From: Nitrosopumilaceae archaeon
GTDB lineage: Archaea; Thermoproteota; Nitrososphaeria; Nitrososphaerales; Nitrosopumilaceae
DNA: 64,000 nt
Reading direction: 5' to 3'
Assembly (NCBI GenBank): GCA_965207375.1
Contig: OZ242274.1
Location: 1,920,001 to 1,984,000 of the forward strand
Each line of letters starts with the position of its first letter. Position 1 is the stretch's first letter. This document shows, in pieces, positions 1 through 9,967 of this stretch. The notes below the pieces were generated by a model that did no database searches, was not told the origin of the DNA, and saw only the letters and a list, made by a program, of their open reading frames with translations. Made by a program: the position numbers and the translations under genes.

Positions 1-767
1 TGATAGTATTTTTTCCTATCTGCAAATCTGATATTTAGTGGAGGACAGTTGTTTTTTATCAGGATATAGTTCATCAACAGACGTGAAATTCTACCGTTAC
101 CGTCTCCAAATGGATGAATGCTTACAAATCTAAAGTGGGCGATTCCTGCAAGCTCCACAGGTTCCATTTTCTTTTGTGATTTTTTGTACCACTTTAAAAA
201 TTCGCTTACAAACTTTGGAACAAACTTCCAATGTGGAAATGTGGATTCGCTGTTTGTGACATAGACTGGGTATTTCCTTAGTTGTGCTGCAAACTCTGGT
301 TTTGTACTCTTAAACATCTCCTTATGCCACAACATGATGACCTTGTAGGTCAACGATGGCAGTTTTTCTATCATCTTGTGATATGTTTGATGGTGCATCT
401 TGGTTTCTATCATATCAGACTCGGGTTTGCTGTGTGGTGTCAATGAAAATCTCAGGAGATCATCGGTTTCTTTTTTTGTAAGAGTAGAGCCTTCAATTTT
501 TTGCGTATCATGTGTAAATCCGAATGAGAATTCCCAAAGATGCTCCAGAATGAGAGATTTTGATTGCATCAGATAGCCTGCCTTGATTTTTTCTAGATCT
601 GCACTCCAATTATTACGTAGCACCGATAGCAAAAACTCTCTTTTTATCTCAGATATGTTCTTTGGAATCTTTTTGCCAACGTATCTTTCATGTTGGCCTC
701 TTCCAGTATTGTGAATTAAAACATAATACTCTTTTTTGTCTCTTTTGCGCTTTATTATGGAAGCCAT
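1..767 (-). CDS. Fic-domain protein (AMPylase family), runs off the window start
   Basis: Manual translation from ATG at 767 (MASIIKRKRDKKEYY...). Contains the Fic motif HPFGDGNGRISR and an upstream (S/T)xxxE(G/N) inhibitory-helix motif TQKIEG. Not in the ORF track. Confidence 0.9.
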   Translation of the reverse strand, partial: MASIIKRKRDKKEYYVLIHNTGRGQHERYVGKKIPKNISEIKREFLLSVLRNNWSADLEKIKAGYLMQSKSLILEHLWEFSFGFTHDTQKIEGSTLTKKETDDLLRFSLTPHSKPESDMIETKMHHQTYHKMIEKLPSLTYKVIMLWHKEMFKSTKPEFAAQLRKYPVYVTNSESTFPHWKFVPKFVSEFLKWYKKSQKKMEPVELAGIAHFRFVSIHPFGDGNGRISRLLMNYILIKNNCPPLNIRFADRKKYY

Positions 768-1023
768 TGTTTAGTATCCAGCAAAATAGGATATAAATAT
801 TAATTATTATAAAAAACGCTGGATATAAGGTATATGCGATACTATCCAAATTCAACACAGAAAAAAACACATCAGAGAAATGCCTTGATTCATGACATGT
901 TAAAGTACACTCAATAGATACCATTCTACCATTTGGCACAGTATCATTTTCAGATTAACCACATAGGCAGACTAGCCTCAAATTAGATCGAGTCACAAAT
1001 CAATAATTTTAAAAATATTGTAG

Positions 1024-1100
1024 TGGTGCCAGGGGCGGGATTTGAACGCGCGACGGCTCGGTCTTCAGCCGAGTGCTCTTCCGGGCTGAGCTACCCTGGC
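1024..1100 (-). tRNA. tRNA-Phe (GAA), CCA encoded
   Basis: Acceptor GCCAGGG/CCCTGGC; anticodon arm CTCGG-CTGAAGA-CCGAG; T-loop TTCAAAT; one C:C mismatch in the T-stem. Confidence 0.95.
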
Positions 1101-1145
1101 ACACGTGAAATTATCTCTGTGGAAATAAAAACTGTTCTTATTTTC

Positions 1146-1682
1146 TTATGGTTTCCAGAGGACATCAAAGGTGTTATTTCTTTTGTTGATCACTCTAGAT
1201 ATTACAAACAGCAGATCCGACAATCGGTTTAGATACTTGCTGCAATTTGCATTGATTTGTTGCTTTTCTTGTAATTTTACAACAGTAACCTCTGCCCGTC
1301 TTGTAATTGTTCTTGTCACATGAATCTGAGATGCAGTGGTAGTTCCTCCAGGCAGTATGAAATTTGTCAGCGGATCTAGTTCCTTTTCATACTGATCAAT
1401 TTCAGATTCTAATTTCTTAATCAAACCTGCCTCTATTCTGTTTTTGTCATCTGTCAAATCAGGATTTGACAGATCAGCTCCCAATCTGAATAGTTCATGC
1501 TGTATTCTTTTCAATGTTGTAGATATGTCAGCATCTATTTTTCCAGAAAGCGCTAGTCCCAATGAAGTGTTGATTTCATCGACGGTACCATACGCTACAA
1601 TTCTTTGATCTGATTTTGAAATTCGCACATTACCTTGCAGGCTTGTGGTGCCAGTATCACCGGTTTTTGTATATATCTTCAC
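1146..1682 (-). CDS. pduO: PduO-type ATP:cob(I)alamin adenosyltransferase
   Basis: KIYTKTGDTGTTSL, AYGTVDEIN, FILPGG, RTITRRAE and YLNRLSDLLF motifs. Start moved to GTG 1682. Confidence 0.9.
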   Translation of the reverse strand: MKIYTKTGDTGTTSLQGNVRISKSDQRIVAYGTVDEINTSLGLALSGKIDADISTTLKRIQHELFRLGADLSNPDLTDDKNRIEAGLIKKLESEIDQYEKELDPLTNFILPGGTTTASQIHVTRTITRRAEVTVVKLQEKQQINANCSKYLNRLSDLLFVISRVINKRNNTFDVLWKP

Positions 1683-1755
1683 AGTTGAGGTTATGACACA
1701 TGGTTTATTATTATCTTCGAACCGTTTAATAGGAAATTTTGGCATCTTTGAATGT

Positions 1756-2283
1756 ATGATTCTTGATTTTTTCAACATTGCTCTAAAGTTGAAAAAAATA
1801 TCCAGACAGGGCTGGATTGACAAGCTAAACTTGAATCCTGTCGAATCCGTATCTGATCACACATACATGATGACACTAATGGCCATGGTACTTGCAGATC
1901 ACACAAAGCTAGACACTTTAAAAATTATTAAAATGTCCTTGTTGCACGACCTTGCAGAGGCAAAGATTGGAGATGTGATTCCAGGCCAAATGTCTGTAGA
2001 TAAAAAATGTAAACTAGAGAACAGTGCAATGTGTCAAATCCTAAACGAATTGCCCGAATCCATACGTAACAACTATCAAAAAATATGGGATGAATTTCAG
2101 AATGGTGCATCAGAAGAATCTGTTTTTGTACATGAAATTGACAAATTAGAGATGGCATTGCAGGCAAAAAATTATTCCAAAGAAACATCGTCAGATAACA
2201 TCAAGGTGTTTTTTGAATCTGCAAGAAAGTCAATACAAAACAAACATCTGCAAAACATTTTAGATGATATACTTTCACAATAA
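1756..2283 (+). CDS. HD-domain 5'-deoxynucleotidase-like hydrolase (YfbR/HDDC2 family)
   Basis: LKKISRQGW, ESVSDH, LLHDLAEAKIGD and DKLEM motifs. Start taken at ATG 1756. Confidence 0.85.
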   Translation: MILDFFNIALKLKKISRQGWIDKLNLNPVESVSDHTYMMTLMAMVLADHTKLDTLKIIKMSLLHDLAEAKIGDVIPGQMSVDKKCKLENSAMCQILNELPESIRNNYQKIWDEFQNGASEESVFVHEIDKLEMALQAKNYSKETSSDNIKVFFESARKSIQNKHLQNILDDILSQ

Positions 2284-2286
2284 GGC

Positions 2287-2517
2287 ATGTCTGAGCAGGA
2301 CAAAGACGAGTTAATCGAGGCACAAAAGCAGGTAATTGGAATTTTGTTTGAGCTAGTCAAAAGACTACAATCAAACATCAATCTAGATTCAGAATATTTT
2401 CAGCTAGCCGCATCTAGAAAAACACCACAAAATCAATCTAGGTTGGCTGAAATTATGTCAGAACGCGAGGCAAACGCCAAAATTGTAGGCAGATTATTAG
2501 AACAGTTAAAGACCTAG
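2287..2517 (+). CDS. small hypothetical protein
   Basis: Operonic with the HD gene; helical sequence. Confidence 0.65.
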   Translation: MSEQDKDELIEAQKQVIGILFELVKRLQSNINLDSEYFQLAASRKTPQNQSRLAEIMSEREANAKIVGRLLEQLKT

Positions 2518-2831
2518 TGGTCACAACCGCAGGAATCATCGGTACACCCATCATTTACCATTCTTAGTTGAGTAGTTTGTTCATGTTTGCTTTGCACATA
2601 ATGTGCCAGATTTGTAATTCTTACTCGAGTTGATCTGTTGTGCCAGCTACCCTCATTTTCAAACCACGATTCTATATCAGATACGTCATAAGAATCTCCC
2701 TTTTTGAGAATATTTCCAAAAATAGTTTTGACTAGCTGTGTTTCTGATTCGGAAAGTTTTTCTTTGTCTGCAACCATGGTGGTAATTTCGTTGAGTCCAA
2801 TTATCACATCATTTGTTAGAGGCAACAACAT
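2514..2831 (-). CDS. hypothetical protein with Cys-rich C-terminal tail
   Basis: Clean ORF filling the space between genes; ends CTDDSCGCDH. Confidence 0.65.
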   Translation of the reverse strand: MLLPLTNDVIIGLNEITTMVADKEKLSESETQLVKTIFGNILKKGDSYDVSDIESWFENEGSWHNRSTRVRITNLAHYVQSKHEQTTQLRMVNDGCTDDSCGCDH

Positions 2832-2895
2832 TACGGGTCGAATCCGAATATAACAACTTTGTGAGCTTTTTATTATTGAAAGATTACAATGATAT

Positions 2896-3243
2896 ATGCA
2901 ATACTTTGCAGCATTACGAAAGGGTCAAAAAAGAGTAGAGTCTGCTAGGCAGTACCTCAACGAGCACACAGATGGAAAAGCAATGCCTGCCTTGGCGCTA
3001 AAAACTGCCAAAGGAAACGTCTGGACTCCGGTAGGTGAGGAAAACCTCTTTGCATTTGTTGATGAATCATCAGGTTTTGTGTTGACTGACAACAGTGGAT
3101 ACATTTTGGCACTAGTTGACAATGAAGGCTATTCAAAAAGTATCGTTCAAGGAGTAAACCAGACTCGAAAAGAATTTCTTATCAAAAGGTTTGCCGAAGA
3201 TGGTATTGCAGAATATCAAGGAAAGGTCATATTGCCTGTTTGA
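2896..3243 (+). CDS. hypothetical protein
   Basis: ATG ORF with an AT-rich upstream region and globular composition. Confidence 0.7.
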   Translation: MQYFAALRKGQKRVESARQYLNEHTDGKAMPALALKTAKGNVWTPVGEENLFAFVDESSGFVLTDNSGYILALVDNEGYSKSIVQGVNQTRKEFLIKRFAEDGIAEYQGKVILPV

Positions 3244-3314
3244 TGTGCAATGAGTTTCTAGGACGCAACCGTGCAATAAGCAATGCTTTAGTATAGAATA
3301 TTTTATAAAATATT

Positions 3315-4541
3315 ATGGCTAAATTTAGTGAGGAGATTCAAGTACGAGGTCACTTGATTGACTCTTCAATTCTTACCAAAATTTTTGACGTCATTATGGA
3401 TCTTGATGGGGAATTTGATGTATTGGACATACACGTAGGAAAAAAAAAGATGGATGTATCCTTTGCAAAGTTGGCAATACATGCAAAAAATCAAATGCAG
3501 TTGAATAAAATTTTAGAGGCCGTAAACAGAGAGGGGGCAGTTTCCCCAAGTCAAAATGAAGTTAATCTAGTTTCTGCAACCAAAGACATGGTGATGCCGG
3601 AAAATTTTTACAGTACCACAAATAATCATACTAAAATATTTTACAAAAACAAATGGATTCAAGTGGATAACATGATGATGGATAAGTGTATAGTAGTCAA
3701 GGGAACCACTGCATCATGTGTTCCAATTCGTGATGTAAAAAAGGGAGACAAAATCATAGTGGGTGATTCAGGTGTCAGAGTCATACCACCTGAAAGACCA
3801 AGAGAAGGGGTAAATGTATTTGAGTTCATGGGAAGCAGTAGTTCTAGTGAAAGACCAACACAACACATTGCCAAACAGGTAGCATTAGACATCATAAAGA
3901 CCAAAAAAGAGGGAGGCAAGATAATCCTAGTCGGAGGTCCTGCCATTGTACATACAGGGGCAGCACCTGCAGTTGCAGAATTGATCAAAAAAGGATACAT
4001 TGGAGGCGTATTGGCAGGAAATGCCCTAGCAGTGCACGATATTGAATATGCCACTCTTGGTACATCTCTTGGAATGAATGTGCATGATGGTACACTTGCA
4101 ATCAGAGGACATCGCAATCACATGGATGCAATAAATTCCGTGTTTAGGGCAGGTTCCATTCCAAAGATGGTCAAAACCGGTAAATTAAAGCATGGAATTA
4201 TGTACGAATGTGTAAAAAATAATGTTCCATTTGTTTTGGCCTCCTCCATCCGTGATGACGGACCGCTACCTGACGTAATTACAGATATTGCCGAGGCTCA
4301 GCGAAGATACAAGCAGGTTCTCAAGGGAGCAAAAATGGTAATCATGGTCTCTACAATGTTGCATTCAATTGCCACAGGAAACATGCTACCAGCAGATGTT
4401 AAAGTAATTGTTGTAGATATTAGTCAGCCTACTGTAACTAAGCTCATGGACAGGGGTACTTGGCAGGCCCTAGGGATTGTATCAGATGTTGGTGCCTTTT
4501 TGCCTCTAGTGACAGCGCAGATTAAAAAGTCAAAGGGGTAA
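3315..4541 (+). CDS. TIGR00300 family protein (LOR/SDH-domain, ornithine cyclodeaminase-like)
   Basis: GHLIDS start, FYSTTN, EFMGSSSSSERP, GGPAIVHTG, GNALAVHDIE, SIRDDGPLPD, MLHSIATGN. Confidence 0.85.
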   Translation: MAKFSEEIQVRGHLIDSSILTKIFDVIMDLDGEFDVLDIHVGKKKMDVSFAKLAIHAKNQMQLNKILEAVNREGAVSPSQNEVNLVSATKDMVMPENFYSTTNNHTKIFYKNKWIQVDNMMMDKCIVVKGTTASCVPIRDVKKGDKIIVGDSGVRVIPPERPREGVNVFEFMGSSSSSERPTQHIAKQVALDIIKTKKEGGKIILVGGPAIVHTGAAPAVAELIKKGYIGGVLAGNALAVHDIEYATLGTSLGMNVHDGTLAIRGHRNHMDAINSVFRAGSIPKMVKTGKLKHGIMYECVKNNVPFVLASSIRDDGPLPDVITDIAEAQRRYKQVLKGAKMVIMVSTMLHSIATGNMLPADVKVIVVDISQPTVTKLMDRGTWQALGIVSDVGAFLPLVTAQIKKSKG

Positions 4542-5216
4542 CTCAGCCGATTGTACAAGGATTTCTCAAACCGGAGATGTTTAGTCGTATCAGATTATGG
4601 CGCATCATGATCTGAATGGTAATCAATCCACATAGTTACATAACATTGGACTAATCATGCCCCCCCTAGACCGCTACCATCATACTAGCAAAAGAGCCTT
4701 TTGATGTACACTTTGACTTTTTAAAGTTGCATGTGTAAAAAAATGCCAGGCCTATGATTTTTACATTTGATTCAGGCATGCCTAGTTTTTTGCTTTTTTT
4801 GATGGCATGTATCCAAAATTACCACAATTTCAAAACAAGGTTAACAATTACAAAAACCAATCTAAAAAACTGGCAAAATGGAAAAGGGTGGTTTTAAAAT
4901 CCACAAAACCACCGCTTCCAATCTAGTCTCATAGTAGATCCTTTGGGGATCATGTGGGGGACTTGAAATGTACTTGCAAAATCAATATAAAAGCATCAAA
5001 ACTTTACATGTAAAAGACACATATTAAACTCAGAATTTGAACGTATTTTTGACATACATAGTAAACACGACAGATACTACAAATTAAACATTGCAACCTG
5101 AAACATTTGCTAATTTTTGATATAACAAACCGTACTAATTTCTAATATAAACAAATTCAGATTAGACAAAGATAAAACAAGTTATAATTTGACAAAATTT
5201 CAAGAATCAAATCCAA

Positions 5217-6623
5217 TCACTGTAAATCTAGTTTTTCTTTTAATATTTTCAGAGTAAGTTTTGGATCTGCTTTTCCGTTGCTTTTTTTCATGACTTTACC
5301 CACCAGATAATTTATGGTTTGAGGGTTGGATTTTGCCTCTTGTGCTGCCTTTGTCTCCTGTGACATAACTGCATCAATTGTCTCATGCAGATTAGACGAA
5401 TCAGACATTTCCAAATCTAGTCGTTTCATTACATCATTTACAGATTCTCCGGTTTTTACTAGCTCGTATAATGCATTTTTAGCAGAATTTCTTGAGATCT
5501 TATTTTGTCGTATGGCATCAACTAGTTCACAAATATGCAATGCAGATAGTTTTGATGTGTCCCTTTTTTCCTTTGTATCTACTAGCCCCATGATGTCAGT
5601 TGTAATCATATTTGCAACATCTTTGGCATTTTCTTGTGTGTGAGCTTTTTCAAACAAATCAGAATAAAACCTGTCAGAGGAGAGCACGTATGCTACCTGT
5701 GGGGCAATACCATAGTCAGATATGTATCGTTCCTTTTTTGAGCTGATACTTTCAGGCATCTCTGCCTGAATTTTTTCCAAGGTTTGCGAATCAATTACAA
5801 TCCACGGTATGTCGCCTTCCAGAAAATATCTGTAATCAAGATCTTCTACTTTGCGTCTTGCAGGAACCGTGATTTTTCTCTTGTCATCCCAGTGCCTAGT
5901 TTCTTGTTCAATTGTCATGTTTCGTGATTTGAGACTGTTTTGGCGGATCAACTCGTAATCTAAGGCCTTTTCCAAATCGTAAAAAGAGTTGACGTTTTTT
6001 ATTTCAACTTTAGAGCCTCCCGGTATCGATATGTTTCCATCAGCACGCATTGCACCCTCCAATCCAGGATCAGCTACTCTGAGATTTTCTAGTAGGTCAG
6101 AAAGTATGTTTAAAAAGATGCGAACCTGGCGCGGATTCTCAAAGTCAGGCTCAGTTACGATCTCCACAAGCGGTGTTCCTGAACGGTTATAATCCACTAG
6201 AACAATCTGTGTTTCCTCTGATTCACCCTCATAAATCAATCTGCCAGGATCCTCCTCAATCTGAATTCTTCGTATCCGTATGTCTTTGTCCTCTATTGAG
6301 ATCCTGCCATTTCCACCAATGCTTGTATCTCCATACACATTGAGCTGCATAATCTGAAAATTCTTTGGAAGATCAGGATAGAAATAATGTTTTCTAAAAA
6401 AGGCAATCTTTTGAGGAATGTTACATTCAAGTGCCTTTGCAATTGCAATTGCCTTTTGAACTGCCATTTTATTTAATCGCGGCAATGTGCCAGGAAGACC
6501 TAGACAAACAGGACATACGTTTGTGTTGATTTCATAGTCTCGATAGTTGGCACGGCATGAACAAAACAATTTGCTGTTCAGATTTGTCAGCTGACAATGA
6601 ATCTCCAACCCAATTTTTGTCAT
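5217..6623 (-). CDS. gatB: Asp-tRNA(Asn)/Glu-tRNA(Gln) amidotransferase subunit B
   Basis: IGLEIHCQL, YFYPDLPKNFQI, DYNRSGTPLVEIVTEPD, DYRYF and a YqeY-like tail. Confidence 0.97.
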   Translation of the reverse strand: MTKIGLEIHCQLTNLNSKLFCSCRANYRDYEINTNVCPVCLGLPGTLPRLNKMAVQKAIAIAKALECNIPQKIAFFRKHYFYPDLPKNFQIMQLNVYGDTSIGGNGRISIEDKDIRIRRIQIEEDPGRLIYEGESEETQIVLVDYNRSGTPLVEIVTEPDFENPRQVRIFLNILSDLLENLRVADPGLEGAMRADGNISIPGGSKVEIKNVNSFYDLEKALDYELIRQNSLKSRNMTIEQETRHWDDKRKITVPARRKVEDLDYRYFLEGDIPWIVIDSQTLEKIQAEMPESISSKKERYISDYGIAPQVAYVLSSDRFYSDLFEKAHTQENAKDVANMITTDIMGLVDTKEKRDTSKLSALHICELVDAIRQNKISRNSAKNALYELVKTGESVNDVMKRLDLEMSDSSNLHETIDAVMSQETKAAQEAKSNPQTINYLVGKVMKKSNGKADPKLTLKILKEKLDLQ

Positions 6624-8065
6624 AGTGTGACCTCTGGTAGTTTTACGGTTTTTTGTAGCGCATATGCTGCCTGGAGGACAGACTTGTCTTCTAAGGGTTT
6701 TCCCATTATCTGAATGCCAATTGGCAGTCCATCTGCATGAGAAAAGGGTACTGAAATGGCAGGTTTGCCAGTCAAATTAGCAGTTACAGTATTGATGTCA
6801 ACTAGAAACAAGGCCACCGGATCGTCTATTTTTTCTCCTATTTTAAAAGGCAGTATTGGGACAGTGGGCGACAGCAAAAAATCTACAGATTCTAGTGCTT
6901 CATTGACCTCTTTGACAAGTTTGCTTTTTACCTTCAAAGCTTTTAGAAAATATCTTCCTGCATGACCTGCAGAGGGAACAAACCCCCCAAGAATCATGCG
7001 TCTTGTTACCTCTGGTCCGAACCTGCTTCTGGCCTTTGAGATGTAAGAGTTAAACTCATAGCCTTCCATTGGCATATCAAAGCCATACCGAATATTATCA
7101 TATCTTGCCAGATTACTTCCTGCCTCAGTCGCAGTTATGGTGTAATAGGCAGCAACCGAATAATCCACCATATCAAGTGAGATCTCCTGACAATGAGCAC
7201 CCAATTTTTCCAAATTCGATATGGACTGAGTGGTAGCAGATACAACCCTGCTGTCTGCCCCATCTCCTATCATCTCCTTGACAACGCCGAAGGTCTTTCC
7301 CTCAACACCTGCATCAATATTTTCCAAATAATCAGGACTATAGTTATCTACAGTCGTATTGTCATTTGGATCTAGTCCCGAAATGATATTTAGCATAAAT
7401 GCTGCGTCCTCGACTGTTTTGGTCATTGGACCCATTTGCTCAATACTGTTTGCATATGAGATCAAACCGTATCTGCTGATCAGACCATAGGTAGGCTTGT
7501 ATCCCACAATGCCACAAAAACTAGCAGGATTTCTAACAGAGCCGCCCGTATCTGAACCAAGTGATGCAATACATTGATTTGAGCTTACAGCTACCGCACT
7601 TCCCCCGGATGAGCCTCCTGGAACATAATCCGTATTCCATGGATTTCTGCTAGGCCCATATGCACTAAATTCGGTAGTCAAACCCATTGCAAACTCGTCA
7701 AGATTTGTCTTTCCTACAAAAACTACATCCTCGGATCGTAGTTTGGAAATTACCGTTGCATCATAAGGCGCTATAAAATCCTGTAGCATTTTTGATGCAC
7801 ACGTAGTCTTTGTATTTTGTATGCAGATGTTATCTTTGATTGATATTGGCATTCCATAACATGCACCGACCTTGTGACCGGCTTTGATTTTTTTATCTAT
7901 TTGGCGTGCCTGTTTGACTGCATCCTCATTTACATGTAGGTACGCATGAAGTTTTTCATCGTGTTTTTTTATATGCTCCATTGTTTGTGCCATAAACTCT
8001 TCGGCGGTAAAGTTACCAGACCTTACCTGTTGTACATATTTGAGGGCAGATATTGTTAAATCCAA
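6620..8065 (-). CDS. gatA: amidotransferase subunit A
   Basis: Amidase signature GKTNLDEFAMG, PGGSSGGSA, GSDTGGSVRNPA, NLARYD. Confidence 0.97.
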   Translation of the reverse strand: MDLTISALKYVQQVRSGNFTAEEFMAQTMEHIKKHDEKLHAYLHVNEDAVKQARQIDKKIKAGHKVGACYGMPISIKDNICIQNTKTTCASKMLQDFIAPYDATVISKLRSEDVVFVGKTNLDEFAMGLTTEFSAYGPSRNPWNTDYVPGGSSGGSAVAVSSNQCIASLGSDTGGSVRNPASFCGIVGYKPTYGLISRYGLISYANSIEQMGPMTKTVEDAAFMLNIISGLDPNDNTTVDNYSPDYLENIDAGVEGKTFGVVKEMIGDGADSRVVSATTQSISNLEKLGAHCQEISLDMVDYSVAAYYTITATEAGSNLARYDNIRYGFDMPMEGYEFNSYISKARSRFGPEVTRRMILGGFVPSAGHAGRYFLKALKVKSKLVKEVNEALESVDFLLSPTVPILPFKIGEKIDDPVALFLVDINTVTANLTGKPAISVPFSHADGLPIGIQIMGKPLEDKSVLQAAYALQKTVKLPEVTL

Positions 8066-8341
8066 TTACGCCACCTTTGGGGCACGGATATAGGTTCCTT
8101 TGTAATTGTGTATTTTTTTAATTAGTTTATCAGGATATTCCAGATGCTTATCCTCTCTTAATTGGTCAATGGACAGTATTTGTGATGTAATTTCCTCATC
8201 CTCTACTCCTGCCTTGTCTAAAATATCAAAATATGCAAGCATCTTTTGAACTCGCTCAATATGTTCTGTATGATCATCTAGTTCAATTTTCATCAGCTCT
8301 GCGACTTTTTCTATTTCCTGTTTGGATACCAAATTTCTCAA
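8066..8341 (-). CDS. gatC: amidotransferase subunit C
   Basis: Lies between aspS and gatA; about 90 aa; EIEKVAELMKIEL...LRED...YIRAPKV pattern. Confidence 0.85.
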   Translation of the reverse strand: MRNLVSKQEIEKVAELMKIELDDHTEHIERVQKMLAYFDILDKAGVEDEEITSQILSIDQLREDKHLEYPDKLIKKIHNYKGTYIRAPKVA

Positions 8342-8342
8342 C

Positions 8343-9653
8343 CTACGGTGTTAATCTGTCTGCGTCCCTAGGATAAAACGTTACATCCCGTATGTTCTCG
8401 GTTCCGGTAAGGGCCATCATTAATCGCTCCAAGCCTATGCCACAGCCTGCATGCGGTGGTACTCCATAGTCAAATGCACCAAGATGGTACTCAAATGTGT
8501 CTATTTTCATACCCTTGTTCTTCATTCTATCAGTCAGCTGTGCCCGCTTTTCAATTCTTGTGCTGCCAGAGGATATTTCAAGGTCGCCAAACATAAGATC
8601 AAAGGATTCTGAAATTGTCGGATCAGCTGATGTGGCCTTTACATAAAACGGCTTTGGGCCCATCGGCCAATCCGTGATAAAGTAAAATCCCTGTAGACCT
8701 ATTTTTTTAAGGTTTGACGGATACAAGTCGTCACCGAATTCTGTTTTGATATCTGCCTTTTGCATCTTGTCAATTAGTTCTGAATAACAATGACGCGGGA
8801 TTTTTTCAGGCACTGTAAGAGTTGTAAATTCAACGTCTGTATTTGCAGCAGTATAATCTGAAACTGATTTTATTGCAGTTTGAATTAGTTGCTCTATCCT
8901 GTTCATGACATCATTGTAATCTACAAAGGCCTCCTCGAGATCAATTGAGATTGCCTCTGCAAGGTGACGGTTTGTTCTAGAGGATTCTGCTCTAAATATA
9001 GGTGCAATTTCAAATACTTTCTCAAAACTCATAGTCAACTGTTCTTTGTACAGTTGCGGACTCTGAGCTAAAAATGCCTGTTTGTTATAGTAAAATATCG
9101 GAAACAGTGAAGCTCCGCCCTCAGTTGCAGTAGCAATCATTTTTGGAGTGTTGATTTCTATGAAACTATTATCGGTAAAATAATCTCTAATGGATTTTAA
9201 AACGTGGCTTCTTGCATTGAAGATATGTTGCAGTACCTTTCTGCGAAGATCAATTGGTCGAATCTCTAATCTTGTGTCAATATTTTTTACAGTTTTTGCC
9301 TGGGGTTCAAACGGGGGAATTTTTTCAACCTCTGAAAACACGTATAGCTCCTGCGGAATCAATTCAATACCGCTAGGTGATTTCTCTGAGGTCTGTATCT
9401 TGCCAACAATGCCAACTGAAGAGTGTGATTTTAGTTTTGAAATTTTTTCCCGTATATCATCAGGACAGTTGCCTTTTTTGGCAATTATCTGTATTTGTCC
9501 ATTTTTATCTTGTACATTAAGAAATGAGATATTTCCGTGTCCCCTGACGCTCAAGACCCACCCCATTACGGTTGCGTTTTGTCCGTCTAGTGAGGCATTT
9601 AGCTCATTTGAGTAGTGGGTCCGTCTAAGATCGCCTAATTCTGTTCCAATCAT
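8343..9653 (-). CDS. aspS: archaeal-type aspartyl-tRNA synthetase, probably non-discriminating
   Basis: RTHYS, OB fold, LAQSPQLYK, FRAE, GVPPHAGCGIGLERL. Pro in the anticodon-binding loop (KSPSG). Co-located with gatCAB. Confidence 0.95.
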   Translation of the reverse strand: MIGTELGDLRRTHYSNELNASLDGQNATVMGWVLSVRGHGNISFLNVQDKNGQIQIIAKKGNCPDDIREKISKLKSHSSVGIVGKIQTSEKSPSGIELIPQELYVFSEVEKIPPFEPQAKTVKNIDTRLEIRPIDLRRKVLQHIFNARSHVLKSIRDYFTDNSFIEINTPKMIATATEGGASLFPIFYYNKQAFLAQSPQLYKEQLTMSFEKVFEIAPIFRAESSRTNRHLAEAISIDLEEAFVDYNDVMNRIEQLIQTAIKSVSDYTAANTDVEFTTLTVPEKIPRHCYSELIDKMQKADIKTEFGDDLYPSNLKKIGLQGFYFITDWPMGPKPFYVKATSADPTISESFDLMFGDLEISSGSTRIEKRAQLTDRMKNKGMKIDTFEYHLGAFDYGVPPHAGCGIGLERLMMALTGTENIRDVTFYPRDADRLTP

Positions 9654-9733
9654 AAGATGATTAACTGCCCAACCTTAGCGTATTTATTTTTTTGAAAATC
9701 ATTTTAATTACGATACATTTGCAGTATTGTATC

Positions 9734-9964
9734 ATGGTATTGACAGAAAAAGAGCGGCTAGTGGCCATAATTGCCAACGGAATTGTGTCTTTTGGGATTT
9801 ATTCATCACGAAAGGAACTAGCAGAAAACACAAACATGTATGATTTTATTCTACAAATATTGCCCAAAGATCTAAAAAAGATGACTAGTGCAAATCTTAT
9901 CGACGAGGTGTTTGAGGTCATAACAAGTCATAATCGCATACATAATGCAGGAGTAAAGTACTAG
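9734..9964 (+). CDS. small hypothetical protein
   Basis: ATG 9734 (MVLTEKERLVA...), directly upstream of purP. Confidence 0.6.
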   Translation: MVLTEKERLVAIIANGIVSFGIYSSRKELAENTNMYDFILQILPKDLKKMTSANLIDEVFEVITSHNRIHNAGVKY

Positions 9965-9967
9965 AAA

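Noticed and set aside
688-939. 83-aa ORF in the track
   Set aside because: Overlaps the Fic start out of frame; AT-rich intergenic composition.
1023-1232. 69-aa ORF MVPGAGFERATARSSAECS
   Set aside because: Antisense shadow of tRNA-Phe.
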